From assembly GCF_006345805.1 (NCBI RefSeq), contig NC_042997.1:175708001-175772000 (forward strand): 64,000 bases of DNA, given 5' to 3'. Positions 28,832-41,954 of the stretch are shown here, piece by piece. A program made the translations under genes and the position numbers. The stretch's first letter is position 1. The number at the start of each line of letters is the position of its first letter. A model generated the notes under the pieces. It saw only the letters and a list, made by a program, of their open reading frames with translations. It made no database searches and had not been told where the DNA came from. The DNA is from Octopus sinensis. Its lineage: Eukaryota.

Positions 28832-29468
28832 CCCCCCTCTCACTCTCTCTCTATCATACTTAGAAAATAACTAAACCTCAAAAATACACTAGAACATTCT
28901 ATGGCTTTCTCTTTCATCAAGCTATATATATCATATATACTTGTTGGTATCATCCATTACATTTTATCTTAATTTTGTCAGTGTGGGTCACCATAAAGTT
29001 TTGGATTCTCACCTTTTAATATTTTTATTTTCTGATTTATTATTGGTGAGCGAAATCATACTTCTTAACCACAAAGCTATGTAGTGATTGAAGGAATGGA
29101 TCCATTCCTTGAAAGTTCAGCAAACTGCTTTCTTGTTTTTATTATTTTTTCTTTCAACATTCATGTTTACATGGTATTAAGATGAAAGGGGTTTTATCAA
29201 CATTAGCCTCTCTTGAACTTAACGATGTCCTCTCTAATACTAATTCAACACTCTTATGTAATAAGATGATGCCTATTATCTGTCTAGTAGACTAATGTCA
29301 GTAGAGAATTTTGACTTTTGCTAGGGACTTCCTAAATATCTTGGTCCATCTCAAGGTTTGTGAATGATATTGGATAGATGCAAATTCTATGGAAGAAGCC
29401 CATTGGATGAATTGTACATGTTCTTGGGTGGTATACTTAATCTATCATCTTTTTTTTAACACCATTAC

Positions 29469-29577
29469 CTTGCCCATAAATTATTTTCAACTGTGTCCAC
29501 TCTACAAGCAGTCAGACTAAATCTGGAGATATTATACAAGCCAAGGTTTTTTTCCTTCCCATCACTGACGATACTGT
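29469..29577 (-). CDS. Putative internal exon of the nested gene, SIVSDGKEKNLGLYNISRFSLTACRVDTVENNLWA
   Basis: Long poly-T/ccag acceptor, AAG|gtaatg donor, open frame, phase 1-2. Confidence 0.55.
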
Positions 29578-29638
29578 CTGGAAAAAAAAAAAAAACAACT
29601 GAAAGGAAGGTTTGAATTCCTGATGTTGTAGTCATTAA

Positions 29639-29845
29639 CCCTTTAGCATATCTGGCCCAAATATTCTACATGCTTTATGTTCGAAGTGACCTGATATAGT
29701 CTCTCACTCCTACACTACAATGTCATTCTAAAACTAAACAATCACATCATCAAAATCTGAAAGCTATAAGATAATGCATGATTAATTTAAAACAACGTGA
29801 ATAAATAAGCATTACATTTGATAAAGTACTCTGAATGCTTAAGGG
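29639..29845. mobile_element. piggyBac-like MITE, second family (also 57712-57931, partial 37000-37125 and 63773-64000)
   Basis: TTAA|ccctttagcat...atgcttaaggg|TTAA; shared internal gtgaataaataagcattacatttga. Confidence 0.8.
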
Positions 29846-31024
29846 TTAATTCAGTTTATTGACCACTGTTATTATGCACTCAGACTCGCACACAATTGCC
29901 CCTCATGACTTGCAATAATTTCTAAATAATTTCCCACAAAATTTGGTACTTTTAGTAAAGAGAACCAAATCTTAAAAATCTAAGGAAACCTAAATGAATT
30001 TACACAGTGGTGCTTTGTATGAAAGCATTTCCTGTCTTTCCGCTCGTTTCTTGGTGTAACCCAATACTTTTCAAATGTTTGTTGTTACAAGAGTGTAAAT
30101 ATCTGAATGAATAGTAGTGGCATTATATTTATTTTAATTATTGCAATATGTATATTTACAATATATTTGATATATCTTTCTGTATTACCTGTTTATTTCT
30201 GTTATGTATTAGGTTATTAGAATTTTCTACCTTATATGGAGATTAATTAAACCCAACATTATTCATGTTCATAATAATTATTATCATCATCATCATCATC
30301 TTCTTTGCTTTCTTATTTTCTCTTTTCCTTCCATTTCCTCTTATCTCCAAACTTCACATTCTCTGCCAATTAGAATGTTATTATTACATCTTTCTACAAT
30401 TGATATCATAACAGATGTTGAAAAATTTAATTTCTGCAGGAAGTTCTTTTTTCTTATAAATTTCATCAATAGAAATGTTACATATTATTATGTGGGAATG
30501 TTATTTATTATCATTTTTTATGTCTTTTTCCATGCTTAGCTCTATCTAATCTGTCTTCATCTACACTATGCACATTTTTGTAAGGAATGTAGGTTATAGT
30601 CTCAATCCTAGTATATAAACTTAAACTCAGCATATTGACTTAATCCCAATATATTTCTGCTATTTGTTTTATGAAAACCTGGTCAGCATGTTAATTTGCC
30701 TGTTCTCAGTAGAATTTGAACTCACAAAGAACAAGACACTAAATTTCACAGCATAATCTGTATTGCTTCATGTCCTATTTATGTGATGTCAATTCTACAT
30801 AGTTTCTTGAACTGCTAATATTAGAAGCCAAATCTGCTTCAGACTATGGTTTACTATATTAAAAAAGAAAAAATGCATTAGTTAATGTAGTTCAGAGTAC
30901 ACTATTGCTGTGGTGGTGGGAAGAAAGCTGGAAAGGTCATGGTTCTGTTCAATCAGTACTGACATAGGGAGTAAACAACTTCATTCTCTTAAAAATAATG
31001 ATGTTTGAATAATAATAATAATAA

Positions 31025-31290
31025 TTGTGTACAGTGCTCAGGTGCACTACAACTCATCTAAAGTGTATATATAATCAGGTGTAGTTTCGGCGGATTTCGG
31101 AAAGCATGAGGGCCTTAAAGGATGCAGTGTCATGGCAGTCAATAACTGACGCAGGCAGTTTATTCCATGCTTCAGCAGCTCTGAGCGTGAAAAAATGTTT
31201 CCGAAAGTCATGGGAGCTGTGTTGTTTTCTGACTTTGTAGGCATGTCCACGTGTGTTAGACACATGGAGTGTTTGACAATAATTACTGAC
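31025..31290 (-). mobile_element. 5'-truncated CR1-like LINE 3' fragment
   Basis: TRGHAYK...RKHFFTLR..EAWNKLP C-terminal ORF2 motif; (ATT)n tail at about 31008-31025. Confidence 0.8.
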
Positions 31291-33755
31291 TTTCAATGTA
31301 TTTGAGAAATAAATTTAAGTTCTTTCTTTTATTTATTAATTAGAATCAGTAATTTAAAAGGAAACTTATAAGACATATCTTTTTTTACACTTCCGTTTCT
31401 ATAATGATACATTGCATTAAGAGTCCCTTCTTCCAATAACTATTGCTGTATAGTGCAATGATGTTAGAAATACATTTGATCCCACATTGGCTCAAAGGTG
31501 ATTTGTGAATTCAGCTATAAATTTCTATTGAAAATAAGTCCTTAGCACATGTTCAGATAACCTTTGTACAATCTCGTATAAATAAGGTGACAAAAGATTG
31601 TTGGAAATGATTGAAAGAAAGGCAGTCAAGTGAGACCCAAAATGGAGTATTGCTCCCAAATCTGGGATGGTATTGCTGCTATGGACAGACATCTTGGACT
31701 GCATCCGTAGAAAGTCCCCGTTACTAACTAGAATTCATTCACTAATGGAAATGCTTCTGGCCCACAGGCTTGTTGTCTCCTCCCCTCTGTTTATCACAGT
31801 AACTTCTATTCTTTAGAACTGACTTATCACATACTGCCACCACTCAGGCACCCCTGTACAATTTGTCTTTCTACCTCTAGCCACTCTTGATATGTCCAAC
31901 CTCCTCGGCCACACACTAACCATTATGTCCATCCCTTTCTCTCTTGAACTTATTTCTAGAATCTACTCCCTAATCATATCCCTCATACAGATATTGACCT
32001 GCAACAGTTTAAGCAGTGAAACACTGGGGTCGCTATAATTGACTAGTGCCTTCCCCAAAAATTTCAGGCCTTGTGCCTATAGTAGAAAAGATTATTATTA
32101 TTATTATAAATGTAGTCATCCTTTTTAAAAAAATATTAAGAGTGGGAGTTAAGGGAGATTAGGTTACTATTTTTGACATGTTGGGCAACTACAATGGTTC
32201 CCCTGTTGGCATGTTCTCTTTGCTATACATTGGTCGTCTTTTATCTACTAAATAGTACTACAATTAGAACAGATTTATTTTACTTGGAAGTTATATTTTA
32301 TTATAAATGACTTAAATATCATCAGTTATTAAATTAGCATTTTGTAATTCAAGTAGTTTCTTATTCTTCCTTCCTCTTATTTTATAACTACAGAAATCTT
32401 TATTTTATGAATAAGTTTAAGTTTAAAAGAAATCATGCTGTGATGGTGGGCTTCTGGTGAGTAATGTCTGTTGTGAAGTCCGTTTCTTAATGAAACAATT
32501 ATTATATTATTAAGAACCACTTTAGTCATCATATATTATATAACAGTAAAGCAAATTGATATAGTTTTTCATGTGTGAGAAAAAAAAAAGAGGATAAAAT
32601 AACATATAAAGATATAAAGAAAATGTAGTGAACATAATGTTGATTTATGAAATTACATTCTCTCTATAGGTCTGAGTAGAGAGATCACTGAGTGGCTGTG
32701 AGAACTGTTTTCATGACAAGATTTTAATAGTAGGTTACGTGTTCTGAGTCAAGAAGATTGGTGGAATATTAATGGAGGAAACTTAGTGAGGGGATGGGAG
32801 TTTGCTTGTAAAAGAATTATGGTTTTTAAAGCATCTCATTAACGTGCCGTGACATTGCATCTATTTTTTTTTAACAAGTCTATTTTAAAAGAAGCAATTT
32901 TGACAATAAATAGACATGTTTTTCTAACAAAGTGAAAACAAATTATTTACGAGGGTTATTATCTCATGCAGTATAGAAAATCTGAATTAAAATTTCATTA
33001 GAAATGAAAGTGTAGAACAAGATAAAAAAAGAATTATAAATGTTTTATTACAATAAAAATATGTATTTCGATATAAATTTTTGCATACATTTTTGAAATT
33101 ATTTTCAGATGCCTTTGCATATGGGAAATTATTGCATATGTGTGTGTGTGTATGTGTGAGAAGGAGGAGGAGAACAGACAGAGTTCTGGCAAACCATCAC
33201 TTGATCTTTGTATGTAACCTTGCTTAAAATCAGTGTCAGCTGGTGGGAGTCTTAATATTCTGTTCTTACTGGGCCACCATTTACAAATTGTGGAAGAAGA
33301 GTATATAAAGTTATGCACAAGCTGATAGGACAGTCCTCAAAGGCATTAGCCACAATGCTAGATCTCTCATTCTATCAGGCAGTAAAATTCTTGTGGGAAA
33401 TCATTTTTCACTATATCCTGTCAGACTGGCCCTACAGAATTGGCAAGTGCAGTCAGAAATGTTATATTAACACATCAACTGCCACAGCCTGCTACTGGAA
33501 CTTGTAACGCCACATATTTTCAGTCATGCTGTTTAATTACAAGGATATGTTTGTTTTTGTTTTTTTTTGCATTTTTACAATATTCCATAAATAAACTTTC
33601 AAATTTAGCACTCATGTCTGTTAAATATCCTCAAAAATATGTTAACGATACAGAATAACATATTTTCTCAAATTATGAAAATGTACCACTGATTGTGTAT
33701 GTGGTGGTTGTATGAAGTTTGTGATTAACCACCAGTGGTACATGTGACAGTTAAC

Positions 33756-33801
33756 ATGTTAAGAACTGTGTGGTGCTTATGTTAAGAACTGTGTGGTGCT
33801 T
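33756..33801 (+). repeat. Perfect 23-bp tandem duplication
   Basis: atgttaagaactgtgtggtgctt x2. Confidence 0.9.
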
Positions 33802-34232
33802 AAACCAAGATCATGGCTTGACTGCATGCAGTATAAGTAAAATTCCACTAAATGTGTCTGAAGACAAGTTGGTAATGTTAAGTCAGGTAATTAAGACATA
33901 CTACCTAATATAATTGGCAAAGTAGTGGATGAATAATATTTCTTTTATTCATTGCCCTACAGCAATGCTGGGCACATTCTTCAAAATAATTGATCATACC
34001 CTTATACTAATTTTATCAATTTTCTTTTAACTAAGTTACTGACCATAAAAAGACAGAGCACTTATTTTTAGACCAACATATAATTACAAGCACCTAATGC
34101 CAATTGTGAGATATTGGTCAAGCTAAGGCTGTTTGTTGTAGAAAACACTTGTTGAAGGTGTTATACAGTGAGATTGAACCCAGAATCACTTTGTTACAAA
34201 GCAAGTTCTTTAGCAACACAACACTGCTTGTG

Positions 34233-34285
<53 letters not shown>

Positions 34286-34304
34286 ATATATTTATATACA
34301 TATA

Positions 34305-34692
34305 TACTCTTTACTCTTTTACTTGTTTCAGTCATTTGACTGTGGCCATGCTGGAGCACCACCTTTAGTCGAGCAAATCGACCCCAGGACTTATTCTTTG
34401 TAAGCCTAGTACTTATTCTATCATTCTCTTTTGCCTAACCGCTAAGTTACTGGGACATAAACACACCAGCATCAGTTGTCAAGCGATGTTGGGGGGACAT
34501 ACACACACACACACGTACATATATATATACACACATATATACGACGGGCTTCTTTCAGTTTCCGTCTACCAAATCCACTCACAAGGCTTTGGTTGGCCCG
34601 AGGCTATAGTAGAAGACACTTGCCCAAGTGGAACTGAACCTGGAACCATGTGGGTTGTAAGCAAGCTACTTACCACACAGCCACTCCTATGC
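34305..34692 (-). mobile_element. tRNA-derived SINE, family A
   Basis: Closely similar to 25888-26281. Confidence 0.85.
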
Positions 34693-34888
34693 CTACTTAT
34701 ATGTATATATAAAACAACAGATGGATAATGTGTCGGTTCACTACAGCTGTTTCCAACAAATTTTGAATTGATTAATAGAGACCTGACATCATTAGAAAAA
34801 AAGCATTTTCATCAAGTGAATACATGAACCACGACATTCAAAAGCCAACAAGATGTGCATCTTCATGATTCTATGACCCTTGCTGGTC

Positions 34889-34935
<47 letters not shown>

Positions 34936-34937
<2 letters not shown>

Positions 34938-35170
34938 CACATAAAAAGCACCATTTGAGCGTTGCCAGTACCGCCTGACTAGCCCTTGTACTGGTGGCAC
35001 GTAAAAGCACCCACTACACTCCCGGAGTGGTTGGTGTTAGGAAGGGCATCCAGTTGTAGAAACTCTGCCAGATCAGATTGGAGTCTGGTGCAGCCATCTG
35101 GTTCGCCAGACCTCAGTCAAATCGCCCAACCCATGCTAGCATGGAAAGTGGACATTAAATGATGATGATG
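34936..35170 (+). mobile_element. RTE-like 3' UTR fragment (same family as 9964-10600)
   Basis: Shared ggcacataaaaagcacc...ggcatccag...aacccatgctagcatggaaa...gatgatgatg. Confidence 0.75.
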
Positions 35171-35814
35171 TATATAAATTATCTCTCACCATAGCTTTTG
35201 CATAGCCTTTGGGTGATGTTTAAAGTGGTTTAAAGGTATTATTTCCTGCAAATTGTCTTTCATCAGTAATGTTTCGTAAATATCAAGTGTAATACCAGCT
35301 TGTGAACAGCAGTTCTCTGATTTAGGAAAAAGTAAAATTTGTTAAAAGTTGTATTGATTTCAGTGCACTATTAAAACTTATTCTGTTTGATAGTTAAGTT
35401 GTCTGACCTCTACCTTCAAATCAAATTTGGTTTAAAGTTTTACTATACATTACATGTGAAGAGCACTATGACAAAAATAATGTTTCTGTATGTTTACAAA
35501 GACAACTGCGCAGATGATTAATATATCTAATAAAGTAAAACAAAATGAGAAACAAGAACAATTTCATGAAAAACCAACTGGTCTTCTCTCCTCTCCTCTT
35601 ATCTATGCAAATGCTTCAAACTGTATCTTTGATTATTAGGTAAACTATTTCATAGTAAATGCCTGCCTCAACATAATTAATAGATAATTTCCGTTTCTAA
35701 CATAGTGCTACCTCTTTGGGTTTTGTTTCGCTAGGAATTGTGTACTAACAAGCCTAAGCTCATTAAAAAATCTGTTAAAATATAACAAACAGCATGTGTC
35801 AGCTTATAGTTATG

Positions 35815-35871
35815 AGTGTGTGTGTGTGTATGTATGTATGTGTGTGTGTATATGTATGTATGTGTGTGTGT

Positions 35872-35921
<50 letters not shown>

Positions 35922-35922
35922 A

Positions 35923-35972
<50 letters not shown>

Positions 35973-36144
35973 GTACACACACATACATATATACACATAC
36001 ATATATATACACATACATAAATACACACACATGTGTGTATATATATATATATGTGTGTGTGTGTGTATGTGTGTATATATGTGTGTGTGTGTATATGTAT
36101 ATATGTGTGTGTATATATATATGTGTGTCTATATGTATATATGC

Positions 36145-36175
<31 letters not shown>

Positions 36176-36203
36176 TGTGTGTGTGTGTGTGTGTATGTAT
36201 ATG
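35815..36203. repeat. Compound (GT)/(TA)/(CA) microsatellite
   Basis: Low-complexity tract with GT and CA blocks in both orientations. Confidence 0.95.
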
Positions 36204-39200
36204 AGTGTCACTAGTAGATTTGGAAAGCTGTTTGGCCATAGCAACTATCAACTTCAGGCTGTTGCTAGTAGAGTCAGTTATTGATTTGTTGAGATGGGCA
36301 ACTATTGACTTGCTTCATGATAATATTCATTAGCCTCAACAATTTTATATCCTATTATGCTAAACTCAAGTAAAATGCAAGACAGAACAGGTACATGTGA
36401 GAGAAAGAGAGAGATACGGAGAGAGAGGGCAAATAAAAGTGAGGATGGTTGATGACTTGATTATTCTCACAATTTAGAATGGTGGGGCATAATCATTCTA
36501 AATAACAAATAATTTTACCTTGTTGTTTTTTCTGATATATACAACTATTTAAATAGATATTAAAAATGAAAATTCTGAAAATAAAGATTTTTTGTATTGA
36601 AAAATGTTTTTTAAGAATTTTCTTATCTTTTCACAAGGTACCTTAACTATATCAGAATCAATACAGGAGCTTTTATATGTTTATTCAGTCTGCTAGAAAT
36701 ATAGGTAAATCTCCCACAATTCCTACTGCCTTCTTTAAAAATATGGAAATGGACAAATTCTACTTGTTTTATGTTAACTTTCTTGGGACACCCAGGCCAA
36801 TTGATTGGCTCGAGTGATACAAGATGAAAGGATTTTGAGGCCAATCATCAGCCCAATGGAACAAATGTTGTGAACAGTTGGTCTTGAAGTGTAATAGCTA
36901 ATCAGAGATCATCTTCCAGTAGATGTATCTCAGTAGAAAAAAATTTTGGTCTTTTTGGCTACACATACCAAAACACCATGTGTCTGAAAAAGTTAAAAAC
37001 TGACCAAATCCAATGTCATTCTAAAACTAAGCAATCATATCATTGAAATCTCAAGGCATGGTTAATTCCGTAATTATGTGAATAAATAAGCATTACATTT
37101 GACGGATAATTTGAATGCTAAAGGGTTAAAGTAGGCTGGGTGCCTGCAAATGACAAATGGCTACAAGTGGAAAACAAAACTGGATTGTAGACTATTTGTA
37201 TTGTAGTTACTTCTATTTAATAGCAGCTGCTTATATTACTGGCAGTATCTAACTATTCAGTAACCTGTAGAATGAATCAAACTTACTATTACAAGAGGCA
37301 AAAGATCAGCTCTACAACACCCCTACGCATTTTTCACTGGTATGTATTGATGAAACAATACATCTGAGAGAAAACTGATAATCTTGTGTATTCAAACAAA
37401 AGTACTTTTTGGTATGTACTCTGCCTCAGGTTGCATAGATCCCCTCTTTTCACTTTTCTTACTAGTAATGCAGTGAAGCAATGATTGGTTCCCTTGAAAC
37501 CTGTGACCAATAATGTCGTTTACAAAAGGCATCAAATGATTTTAAAATTATACAATGGCTAGGAGGCAGTCATTCTAACAATTCACCTATCTTTAATTTT
37601 CTACATAAAACACTGCTTTAAGCAATTTATGCTACTCATTGAAGAAATATATGAAAAATACTGGTATAAAAAATATCCTTGTTAAATAATATTCTTTAAT
37701 GTTTCTGGTAAGTTGAAGTTGGCAGACTAGAATTATGGATGTAATTATTGGTTCTGCAGTATATCTGACATAATAGCTATTGATTTATATATTTGAAATA
37801 TATTGAAATAATTTCTTCAACTAGTCTTGAATTTTAAGCAGTTTCATACATAAAGTTGGTGTCCTTGTCACTAAGAAACATATGTGGCTTTTTTTATTTG
37901 TAAGATAATCTGTTGATAGAATAAAGATTGCTGTTGGTGAAAAGGTTGATGGCTTGTATCAAGTCACTACAACTATTTTGACAAATAGTCAGAGCAATTA
38001 ACTCTCAAATGGCCCAGACAAAGCAGCTGCAAATAAGTGGAGATGCATAGGCAGTGAGAAAGTACTACTGTAAGCTGTGGTGATTAGTTTATGAGTGTTC
38101 CAGTGTTGCGTTCAAATGCAATATTTTCTCTCTTGTCCAAATAATCCTGCGGATTATGCCACTCACATATTAAAGAATAGTTTCAGTTTTCCAAACTATT
38201 ATCCTAATCTGGTGTGCTGTTGCCTGCACTACATTTCAGTTAGCAATGCTTCAGTTGTTCTTTGCTGCTTATGACACCATAGAATAGTGGTACATAGAAT
38301 AGTATACCAATTAAAATATAGTAAGATATAAACAAAGTAGATAAGATTATTCTGAAAATCTAAATTACCTTATCAAGAATAGTTTATCTAAATATTAATG
38401 TTGTTTTTTTTTTTTTTTTTTTGTTTTGTTTTTTTACTTCAACATAGTGGCATTAGATAATTGAATCAAGATAAGTGAACATTGGTAACATTTAGTCTCA
38501 GATTACAGAGTGCTCAACCTTCTCTATTATTTATAACTCTCTATAATCTTAACCACTACAAACAATGTAAAGTAAGACTTTATTTCTTCATTAATATTAT
38601 TACATATTTGTTATCTAGAATGCTAGGCTTTGTAGGTTTTACTTCCATCCATCTTCCTTTGGAGTTGAAATTTCTACCAAGCTTAATATTTCATTCCAAT
38701 ATTATATTCAGTTCAGTTCAATTGATTATAACTCTGTTCGTCAACAAATTTGTAGCTTTAAATTAATAATCATTATTACTATTTTAAAATTATGATTCTT
38801 ATTGTACTTTTCATAGAATTTTTAACAATCCTGATCTTCAGTGTGACCCCAGAGTAGAGTTATGTATTGTCACTTGTCCAAAAGTGAACACCCTTTTCTT
38901 GTCAGTATAGCTCACAACCCAAATGTAAGGATGCTAATGGTTGTGGTGATGATTATAAACTGTTCCTCATTTTTATTTTGTTTATTTTCTTATGAAATAA
39001 TTATGACAGTGTGGTAAATTTATTTCATTTGTGTATTTGGTTCTGCAGTTTTCAGTTTTATTATTACTACTAAAATCTTTAGTCTGACAGTCTCTCCCTC
39101 GCTTTCTCTCTTTGTATTACTTGGCTCTGAAATCACAGATTGAGATAAATTTTCTCATCACAGTTTGACTATTTTCCACCTAATTTCAGTTGCCGCCCTG

Positions 39201-40275
39201 TGTAAGAGAACAAGAAGCTATATCCTAGGCTTTTTGCCAAAAACTGAATAATCTTGCACAAGTTCACTACTACTTTCTGTAAAGTCATTACATCAAAATA
39301 ATTTAATACAATTTTCCTCTGTGTGTGTGTGCATGCATGTGTGTGTGTGTGCATGCATGTGTGTGTGTTTGTGGTAAAAATCTCTTTATGTTTAGTTATG
39401 GCAGACATTTTGTTCCTCTTTAGTAACAATCTATTACTGGGGATAATTTTCTAATTATTCCTTTTTTTTTTTAATTCTCTGACATTAGCTTGTGATCTAG
39501 TAATCTGATCTCCCTGTTTGAAGTTCACTTTGTTATACATCATATGTGCATAAACTTATATTTCTATATATGTCTGTTGTAGGAAGATGGAGACTTGCTA
39601 GCCATTGAATCATCTCTTTTAGCTAATTAACTTGTATTTCAGTTGCATTAAGTATGTTAGAGCAAAAGTTCAGTATTTTCTACTCTCCTCTTTTTATTTT
39701 TAGCATTAGGTTGGGTTTTTTTTTTCTTTTATATTTTTTTTATTAGTTTGATACTCTGATATTTTAATATAAGGTAATGCTGAATAAGTTTCCAATAACA
39801 CATGTTTCTGTTAGTATGTATTCTAAAACTGTAACTTAAAATATATCATTTCATAAATAATTTACTTTGTTATCAATAGTGAGAATCTCTACAAGTGTTA
39901 GTAGTTAATTTATTAAGTGGCTATTTTTGACCCCTGCCCAATCTGTTGTCGAAGAAATTCAAGCTTAAATAGCAGGAGTTAAGTTTGTTTTCTTTTTTTT
40001 TGAGAGTATTCTTTTACTGTATATGTCAATGTTACAAAAGTAATTGAACTCTCTGATAGATATTTTAAGTACTGCCTAAAATTAATTTTAAACTTGACCA
40101 TGAATAAAAGAATGCATTTGGTGGTATTGGTAGGGGTCGTCATAAATTGACTAGAAAGTGGTATTGTTTAATGAATAGGAAAAAAACTAGCCATACAATA
40201 AATAGTAGTGTTTGGTTTATGCAGTGAGAGGATGCACAAAATGTACAATGGCATTTCAAGCAGACAGATGATGCA

Positions 40276-40569
40276 TCTATAATATCAGTGTGTTAAATGA
40301 TCTGACACATCTGAAAGGTCACTTTCTTCCATAAACAAAATTTAAAATCTGCATCATGTGGAATTATTTAAAGTTGATACTTCTACTTGGTACCAATAAC
40401 ACTGTTCTTGCTAAGCTGTGTGCATGCATGTGTGCATGTATATGTGATGTTTGTGTCCATGTGAACGCGCACACGATTTTGCAGTCAGCACACAACTGTT
40501 TTTATGTGCACAATAAATTAATGTGCACCAAAAATGTTAGTTGCTTAAAATAATATGGTAATTAATAAT

Positions 40570-40608
<39 letters not shown>

Positions 40609-40990
40609 ACATTATATGGTGCTTGTATACTTTTGTCATTGGGAGAAAAATTGCGTAACCTAAGATTTTTGCATCTAATTGCTGCTAAAAATTCGAGAGA
40701 CATTGGCCAATAGTATGTTCAAGACCAAGGGATACTCTACATACTAGGGTTTTGTGTATTTTGATTACATTTTATATTTTTTTATACTTTTATTTTCGAT
40801 GCCTTTTTTTCCATAATAGATCTGCATAAACCTCTGTTGTTTTTCTAATTTGTCCTTGTAATGTCTATAATATCAGCATGTTAAATGATCTGACATAACT
40901 GAAAGGTCACTCTATTCTACACACCAAATTTAAAATCTGTACTATGATGAATTATTTAAAGCTGATATTTCTATTCAGTGCTTGTAGCAC
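40276..40990 (+). repeat. About 125-bp diverged direct repeat (40276-40402 and 40864-40990)
   Basis: tctataatatcag..tgttaaatgatctgaca...ctgaaaggtcact...aaatttaaaatctg...gaattatttaaag.tgata occurs twice. Confidence 0.8.
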
Positions 40991-41149
40991 CATTTCTTTC
41001 ATCTATTATTACCCTTGAGGCAAATAAAAGGAATCATTTATCATTTACTATTATTATCATGACTATTATTATTGAGTTAAGAGTACATAAACTCTACTGG
41101 AACCATTCTGCAGCTTCAAAGTAGATTTGGTTGTAAGCTTCTTTTTTTT

Positions 41150-41700
41150 TCAACTATCTAGATAGGGCACTTCAAAGAGCTCTCTTTTCTTAACTTCACT
41201 TCTGGAAAGTCTCCCATGTAATATTTTTTTCCATCCTCTGCTTCACAACTTTTAGTATTCCTATAATCTCTGGGACTATTCTTGTAACCCTATTCCACAT
41301 TCTTGCTGTTTCAGTCCCAAGTCTTTACATTTGGTGAGATTTTCATCTTAATAAATATGTCTTGTCATTTGAGCAAGACACAATAATTGGTATACAAAAC
41401 CTGGATCTATTTTATAGTGATATTCAGTTGATTCTTATATCCTTGTTTGTATATATTGCATAGTCCAGGGAATCACAGTATTTTTATTTTTTACCATTCC
41501 TGTCATGTTTTCTGATATATTCTAACACACAGCCAGTGTGTAGCATCCAGTTAGCATCTCAATGGTCCCTTCAAACTTTGGTATGCTTCAAAATATCTCT
41601 GGTAATAATCTCAGGAGACATTGGTCCTCAGCTGCGATAACCAGGCCTTCAGTTTCCCTTTTCAACAGTGATCCTGGGAGCTATTTTGAGAATCCTCCAT
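41150..41700 (-). mobile_element. Decayed R4/Dong-like (restriction-like endonuclease) LINE fragment
   Basis: Frameshifted K(C/Y)KDL...RMW....IVP.IIG-like C-terminal segment on the minus strand. Confidence 0.4.
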
Positions 41701-41954
41701 TTAGAGGTTTCAGTTCTGATGTTGTATTTACATTCTTAATTACTCTTTGTTTTATTTCATTAGCTTTGTTTTATCTGTCCTTTCTGCAGTGTATATGTGT
41801 GTCATGCAAAGGAATGTGGGTGGAGTACTTATTTACTTATTTCTGCCAAATATTTGTTTCTTTACATTTATCTTTTTTGTTAGTGTAGTTGTGTCTTTTT
41901 TCCTTTTCTGGAGGAGAGGTGTCTAGTGCAATTTACCAGTAGTTGTTGTTACTG

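Larger units (their letters stand above)
18085..37363 (-). pseudogene. Nested antisense multi-exon gene or pseudogene of unknown family in the CTL 5' introns
   Basis: Minus-strand AG...GT-bounded, GC-richer blocks at 37363-37287, 36983-36642, 33431-33219, 29577-29469, 27699-27550, 24384-24291, 24198-24090, 24028-23945, 22407-22221, 20517-20443, 19043-19001 and 18311-18085. Phases mostly chain; several blocks are open and others carry premature stops. Confidence 0.55.

Noticed and set aside
37847-38027. Further minus-strand exon candidates upstream of 37363 (also 28327-28431)
   Set aside because: Acceptors are plausible but frame and donor are ambiguous, so they are not included in the model
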